Assembly: GCA_963704655.1 (NCBI GenBank)
Contig: OY969927.1
Span: forward strand, 832,001-896,000
Direction of reading: 5' to 3'
DNA: 64,000 nucleotides
DNA from: an uncultured Candidatus Babeliaceae bacterium
GTDB lineage: Bacteria > Babelota > Babeliae > Babelales > Babelaceae
Shown here: piece after piece, positions 60,281 through 64,000 of the stretch
How positions within the stretch are numbered: the first letter of the stretch is position 1
Layout of the letters: each line of letters starts with the position of its first letter
Translations under genes and position numbers: made by a program
The notes under the pieces: generated by a model
What the model was told of the DNA's origin: nothing
What the model saw: only the letters and a program-made list of their open reading frames with translations
The model's database searches: none

Positions 60281-61246
60281 ATGAGTATGAAGAGATTATT
60301 ATTTATTATATCGCTTATAACCTTTGCTCATTATACATATGCACAAAGAGTTAACAAAGAGACCCTTTCAGCCTTAACAACGCCTATTGTATTTACACGC
60401 ATTGGCCTTGAATCATTTTTTGTTGAACAGTTTAACTCACCATTATATACCGAATGTGTACTACCTTCGCATTTTGGTCACCTTGCTTATTTGTTGCACT
60501 ATAGCAGTAATGTGCAAGAACCGTATGATTTCGTTTTAGGAATATTCGATATATTCCATACCCGCATGAAAGATTGCCATTGGATAAATGCTCTGTCATT
60601 TAGTTTATTACTTGACCAGCTTCCTGGATACTTACAAGATATGTGCGTCCAAAAAGAGCAGGAATTATTAGAAGAGTCAATTAAAGACATTTTATATAAA
60701 CGTCTTTTTGCCCGGTTTACTAAACTTTCAAACAACCCTATGGATGGTATCAATAGCATGGATACATTCTTAGAAACTATCGACCAAGTCGTTAAGCCAA
60801 CTGCGCACGAAATTTCTGAGCTGGTAACAAAATCGGCACAAAAACGACAAGTAAGAGAGTTACAAGAAATTGTAACCCGCTTTATTGAAAGTGCGTTAGA
60901 AAAAATTGTGTGGAACCCACAAACCCAGCACGATTCATGGGATTCTTTATGCATTCTAGCAGAGCAAATTCGCCAATTACATGATTGTGGAATTATATAC
61001 TCGCCTAAAACGCTTAACCATCTTTATTGGACACTTTTATACCGCTATGGGTACTTTTTAAGATCCACAAAAGATATTCTAAACCCAGAAGTATTTGAAT
61101 ACATCAAAGCAGATATTGGTATGCACCATTATGATTGGCTGGCTACAGCAGAAGCTGAAGAGTTCTTAACTCCTAAAAAAGAATATCTTACCTATGTCTT
61201 GTGGGAATGTATTACCGACCGAGAAGCTCAAAGGGTTTTATTATAA
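60281..61246 (+). CDS. Secreted hypothetical protein
   Basis: Signal peptide; 321-aa ORF. Confidence 0.75.
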   Translation: MSMKRLLFIISLITFAHYTYAQRVNKETLSALTTPIVFTRIGLESFFVEQFNSPLYTECVLPSHFGHLAYLLHYSSNVQEPYDFVLGIFDIFHTRMKDCHWINALSFSLLLDQLPGYLQDMCVQKEQELLEESIKDILYKRLFARFTKLSNNPMDGINSMDTFLETIDQVVKPTAHEISELVTKSAQKRQVRELQEIVTRFIESALEKIVWNPQTQHDSWDSLCILAEQIRQLHDCGIIYSPKTLNHLYWTLLYRYGYFLRSTKDILNPEVFEYIKADIGMHHYDWLATAEAEEFLTPKKEYLTYVLWECITDREAQRVLL

Positions 61247-61258
61247 CACTGCAACAAA

Positions 61259-61336
61259 CTCAGGATGAGCGACTCGCTTAAGTACTATAGACCCACGACC
61301 GCTCGTGGTGAGCGCAGTCGAATCCATGCGGTCGTG
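61259..61336. repeat. REP-like family B, composite, intergenic
   Basis: CTCAGGATGAGCG plus CACGACCGCTCGTGGTGAGCGCAGTCGAATCCATGCGGTCGTG. Confidence 0.85.
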
Positions 61337-62008
61337 CTAACTTTTTTGATTGATAGACATCTGAACACTCAGCGTAAATTGCAAATCTTGTAAACCGGTA
61401 AGAATTCTTATCGCGCCTGCAAGATCACGCATTTTTTCTTCATCTGCATTATGAGTAATCTCATTAATATAAGAAAAAAGTTTTGCCAACAAATTATCAA
61501 ACTGCTTTTTTTCACCTTCAGTAGCAGATTCATACCACATCTTAACAGGGCTCATCTGCTCAATAATCTCTTGAGTAAGTTCAGGGGTTTGCTCTGTTTG
61601 TGACTTGGTGTTAACCACAGCATTAGCTTCTCCATCATTTTCTATATTTTCTGTGTCAGTCGGCTGAAGAGTAACATCGATTTCTGTTACGAGTTTCATA
61701 TTGGTTAATTGAGTGATCTCTTCAAAATCTTCTAGAAGCTTTATAAATTCATCATCAGATTTACGAATAACATTAATTGACGCATCTACTAACCGCGCAG
61801 ACCATTTATGCAATTTAGTTTTTTCATCGTGAGACGCTTGCCCGTACCATACTTTAAGATCTGGATAGCCTTGCAAAATTTCTTGCAAAAAATTCTCTTG
61901 AACTTGATTAACAACCACACCAAAATCAAGATTTTCTTCTACCAATAATTCTATATCACAAAAAGCAAATGCGTGTATACACAAAGATAATAAAAATATT
62001 TTTTTCAT
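61337..62008 (-). CDS. Secreted acidic protein with two WY..A(S/T) modules
   Basis: Start re-called at MKKIFLL. Confidence 0.75.
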   Translation of the reverse strand: MKKIFLLSLCIHAFAFCDIELLVEENLDFGVVVNQVQENFLQEILQGYPDLKVWYGQASHDEKTKLHKWSARLVDASINVIRKSDDEFIKLLEDFEEITQLTNMKLVTEIDVTLQPTDTENIENDGEANAVVNTKSQTEQTPELTQEIIEQMSPVKMWYESATEGEKKQFDNLLAKLFSYINEITHNADEEKMRDLAGAIRILTGLQDLQFTLSVQMSINQKS

Positions 62009-62051
62009 AAAATCACCTAAAAGTAAAAATTGGCTACCAACGTTTTTTAGC

Positions 62052-62082
62052 AAAACAGTGCGTTTTCACGCACTGTTTTTTT
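62052..62082. terminator. Terminator hairpin
   Basis: AAAACAGTGCG-ttttca-CGCACTGTTTT. Confidence 0.75.
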
Positions 62083-62110
62083 ACATAAGAAATTTAATTA
62101 AAAAATTTAC

Positions 62111-62548
62111 TTAGTTTAAATCGTCATCTGAATCATCTGAATCATCAGCATCATCAGCTGCACCTGCTTGTTGTGCTTGTAATGCTTGAGCTAATTCTTG
62201 TGACATGAAATTAATCTGTACGGACCAGTTTGTGCGTCCTGTTAAATCACTTAATGCATTAAAGAGTTGGTTATAATTAGGAGCAAATTGTCCGTAAACA
62301 ATAATATTCAATGTTGCATATTGGACACAAAGAGCATTGAATTGGTCAACATCTTCATCAGAAGCATCATTATACCAAGCAGCCAAAGCAGGATCTTGGA
62401 GTAAGTTAGAAGCTAATTGATCGCCCGCAGCATTAAGCATTGCTTGTTGTGCAGCTATTTGTTCAGCTGTTGGAACTTGACCAACGGTATCTTGCGCGAA
62501 AACCGCTGACACGCTTAACAATGCCAATGGCAAGAATAGTTTTTTCAT
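62111..62548 (-). CDS. Secreted acidic protein with one WY..AS module
   Basis: MKK signal peptide; Asp-rich tail. Confidence 0.8.
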   Translation of the reverse strand: MKKLFLPLALLSVSAVFAQDTVGQVPTAEQIAAQQAMLNAAGDQLASNLLQDPALAAWYNDASDEDVDQFNALCVQYATLNIIVYGQFAPNYNQLFNALSDLTGRTNWSVQINFMSQELAQALQAQQAGAADDADDSDDSDDDLN

Positions 62549-62644
62549 AAAGGTATCCTTTTTTTGTAAAAAAAATTATCTATAGACACCGTTCAGTTTA
62601 ATTTGTTTTTCTAAAAATACAACGCAGAAAAAAATAGATCTCAT

Positions 62645-62672
62645 TTGACAATCACACCTTAGTACCTATAAT
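62645..62672 (+). promoter_or_regulatory. Sigma70-type promoter
   Basis: TTGACA-N16-TATAAT. Confidence 0.75.
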
Positions 62673-62718
62673 TTACCATGATATTTTTCAATTAATTTAA
62701 ACAAAGAGGATTGCTTTT

Positions 62719-63363
62719 ATGAAAAATACTATAAAATTTTTATCACTTGTTATGGCAACTTTTAACTTACCGTACCTTAATAGTTATACGACTTTAGATA
62801 CAATTACTTTAAGAAATGGTAAAGAAGTCGAAATACTTGAACTGTCATCTCCAGAAGATGACAAGCTTTTTCAAAAGGGAAAACAGGTATTTTTAAAGAC
62901 TTTTGAAAAAGCTTATAGCAATTTTTCCGCGCAAGATCTTTTTTTAAATGACGAGCTTGGTTATCTTCGCAAGCTTCTTGAAGCAGCATTTGAAGACGAA
63001 GAAAATGATTTTAAAGCAAACAAAGAAGATACCCACTTCTTGGTTGCACGCGTTACAAAAACAGATAACGTTATCGGCTTTGTTGCTCATGATATTAATC
63101 CAGAAAAAAGCGAAGTTTACATTCGCCAGTTAGCTATTGCATCTGAAATGCAAGAACAAGGCCTTGGTAAAAAAATGACGCTTGGAATTATTGGCAAAAT
63201 TGCTACTAAAGCTAAGAAAGTTTTAGTTTGCACACGCAAAATCAATGAACAAGCTAAACAATTTTATTATGCGCTTGGTTTCAAAGATTCTAATATGAAA
63301 AAGGTACACCCACAATTGCCTGAAGTTAAATATCAAGGATTTGAACTTTTGCTACAAGATTAA
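62719..63363 (+). CDS. GNAT-family N-acetyltransferase with signal-like N-terminus
   Basis: YIRQLAI..EMQEQGLGK, N..AKQFYYALGF. Confidence 0.9.
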   Translation: MKNTIKFLSLVMATFNLPYLNSYTTLDTITLRNGKEVEILELSSPEDDKLFQKGKQVFLKTFEKAYSNFSAQDLFLNDELGYLRKLLEAAFEDEENDFKANKEDTHFLVARVTKTDNVIGFVAHDINPEKSEVYIRQLAIASEMQEQGLGKKMTLGIIGKIATKAKKVLVCTRKINEQAKQFYYALGFKDSNMKKVHPQLPEVKYQGFELLLQD

Positions 63364-63393
63364 AGACTAAAGTTAAGAACTCAATAAGTATAT

Positions 63394-63420
63394 AAGGGGT
63401 CTTTTGTAGACCCCTTTTTT
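63394..63420 (+). terminator. Rho-independent terminator
   Basis: AAGGGGTCT-tttgt-AGACCCCTTTTTT. Confidence 0.8.
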
Positions 63421-63481
63421 ATTAAGAAAAAATCCGATACGCTAAGAAACAGTATAAAAAATTTCTTTATTAAGGACCCCC

Positions 63482-64000
63482 ATGCAAAATGTTTTAAAAG
63501 GCACACTTGAAGTCATATGCGGCTCTATGTTTTCTGGCAAATCAGAAGAATTAATCAGACGTATCCGACGCGCAGAGTTTGCACAACAGCCAGTTCAGGT
63601 TTTTAAACATAGCCTTGATACCCGCAAAACTATTGAACACATTAATGCACATAGCGGATACAAATATCCTGCAACTGCAGCAGAAAATGCCCAAGCAATA
63701 AGAAATTTCTTATTACCAGAAACGTATATTATCGCCATTGATGAAATTCAATTTTTTGATGAAAGCATAGTACCATTATGCATGGAACTTATTGCACAAA
63801 AAAAGCGTGTAATTGTTGCCGGACTTGATTTAGATTTTCGCGGCCTGCCATTTGGCAAAATGCCAGAATTATTATCTTTAGCAGACAATGTCACTAAACT
63901 TAAAGCTGTATGTAATGTCTGCGGTGCAGATGCGCACCACACGCAACGCCTTGTTGGTGGAAAACCGGCTGACTTTAATGACCCGTTAATACAAATCGGC
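63482..64000 (+). CDS. tdk: Thymidine kinase (type II), truncated by the window end
   Basis: LEVICGSMFSGKSEELIRR, IAIDEIQFF, AGLDLDFRG.PFG, KLKAVCNVCG; not in the ORF track. Confidence 0.96.
   Translation, partial: MQNVLKGTLEVICGSMFSGKSEELIRRIRRAEFAQQPVQVFKHSLDTRKTIEHINAHSGYKYPATAAENAQAIRNFLLPETYIIAIDEIQFFDESIVPLCMELIAQKKRVIVAGLDLDFRGLPFGKMPELLSLADNVTKLKAVCNVCGADAHHTQRLVGGKPADFNDPLIQIG

Noticed and set aside
132-63942. Numerous 60-150-aa ORFs overlapping longer genes (e.g. 468..782, 6011..6385, 9342..9692, 15174..15557, 16342..16638, 44594..44977, 60499..60954, 63748..63942)
   Set aside because: Shadow or alternate-frame ORFs of well-supported genes, without RBS or motifs.

Overview
AT-rich bacterial chromosome segment. 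Many orphan Sec-signal ('MKK...') proteins, Sel1/ankyrin-like proteins, a partial F-type ATP synthase operon and a T2SS pseudopilin cluster suggest a protist-associated intracellular bacterium such as Ca. Babeliae/Dependentiae (TM6); this assignment is inference. The main feature is a ~14.2 kb integrated element at the 3' end of tRNA-Arg(TCT), bounded by a 10-bp direct repeat (GGGCACACCA at 7796-7805 and 21951-21960). It encodes a large serine recombinase whose last codons lie inside the att core, so excision would replace its final residue with a 26-aa hydrophobic tail. It also carries satellite-like genes (DUF3987-type Rep with an iteron-like region, SpoVG, HGGxSTG, TerS-like) and a translationally coupled cargo operon of atypical Hsp70, an HPD-less J-like membrane protein and an AAA+ ATPase, a candidate defence or proteostasis system. 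Outside the element are housekeeping genes (ung, atpEF'FHA, recD2, MscS, trmH, gspF-K, tdk), palindromic REP-like repeats inserted in frame into proteins, stacked duplications of the trmH 3' end, and candidate effectors with eukaryote-type targeting motifs hidden behind signal peptides. All calls are by eye from motifs; no searches were run.
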